From Bigelowiella natans CCMP2755 (taxonomy: Eukaryota > Protista > Cercozoa), in NCBI GenBank assembly GCA_000320545.1, contig ADNK01002519.1:1-64000 (forward strand): a stretch of DNA of 64,000 nt, in the 5' to 3' direction. A program made the position numbers and the translations under genes. Within the stretch, counting starts at the first letter, position 1. Each line of letters starts with the position of its first letter. Under the pieces are notes generated by a model. That model did no database searches. It saw only the letters and a list, made by a program, of their open reading frames with translations, and was not told where the DNA came from. Shown here piece by piece: positions 63,680-64,000 of the stretch.

Positions 63680-64000
63680 TCATGTGGAGCGGCGTCTCTG
63701 AATTAGAAATAATCGATCATGCTTAATGGTCACATGTAGCTTGCAGAGCGCATTGGCATGCATCAGGTAACATTTATGAGTAGTTATATGAGACGGAGCG
63801 ATGAATGTATTAATTTCTTCAATTGCACACTTATCTAGTAATGTAGCTGTGCAAAGCGTAGTTATTGTCCATGCTAGCACGAGCAACTGCATCATATGCG
63901 CGCGCTTGCCAACGTCACCTAGATAGACGGTATCAGCTGCATCGCAACGCCATGACACACTGCCCAATAGCTGCACAGGACTACATGCATGTACATGATG
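63680..64000. other. Palindrome-rich tract 8, downstream of MTHFR (runs off the window)
   Basis: catgctagc, gcatgc, tgca, catgtacatg. Confidence 0.7.

Overview
Eukaryotic nuclear DNA from an intron-rich protist; the standard genetic code and GT-AG introns were confirmed by hand-splicing conserved exons. Many introns are packed with (CAT)n, (GTA)n, (CA)n, (GA)n and (TA)n microsatellites, so most short ORFs in the supplied track are artefacts. A chlorarachniophyte or other rhizarian source is my low-confidence guess. I reconstruct 14 protein-coding genes: a 5'-truncated AttH/CrtC-like lipocalin + trans-prenyl diphosphate synthase fusion (+), a bacterial/fungal-type TPR protein (-), a GNAT (+), a SAP-like basic protein (-), ARPC2 (-), SRPK (+), an NHL-repeat protein (-), QSOX (+), ArfGAP (-), REX4 (+), an N-terminally extended MetAP2 (-), KIF9 (+), a giant RING/coiled-coil protein (-) and MTHFR (+). 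The most striking features are architectural. (1) Genes alternate strand at 12 of 13 junctions. (2) Every tail-to-tail junction holds a 0.35-1 kb tract rich in CTAG/CATG/TGCA palindromes, which head-to-head junctions lack. (3) The single break in alternation is filled by a ~1 kb relic that has lost almost all TpA except in TAG/CTAG, suggesting a local, context-specific mutation or silencing process. Gene ends are hand-derived; start codons of several genes are uncertain.
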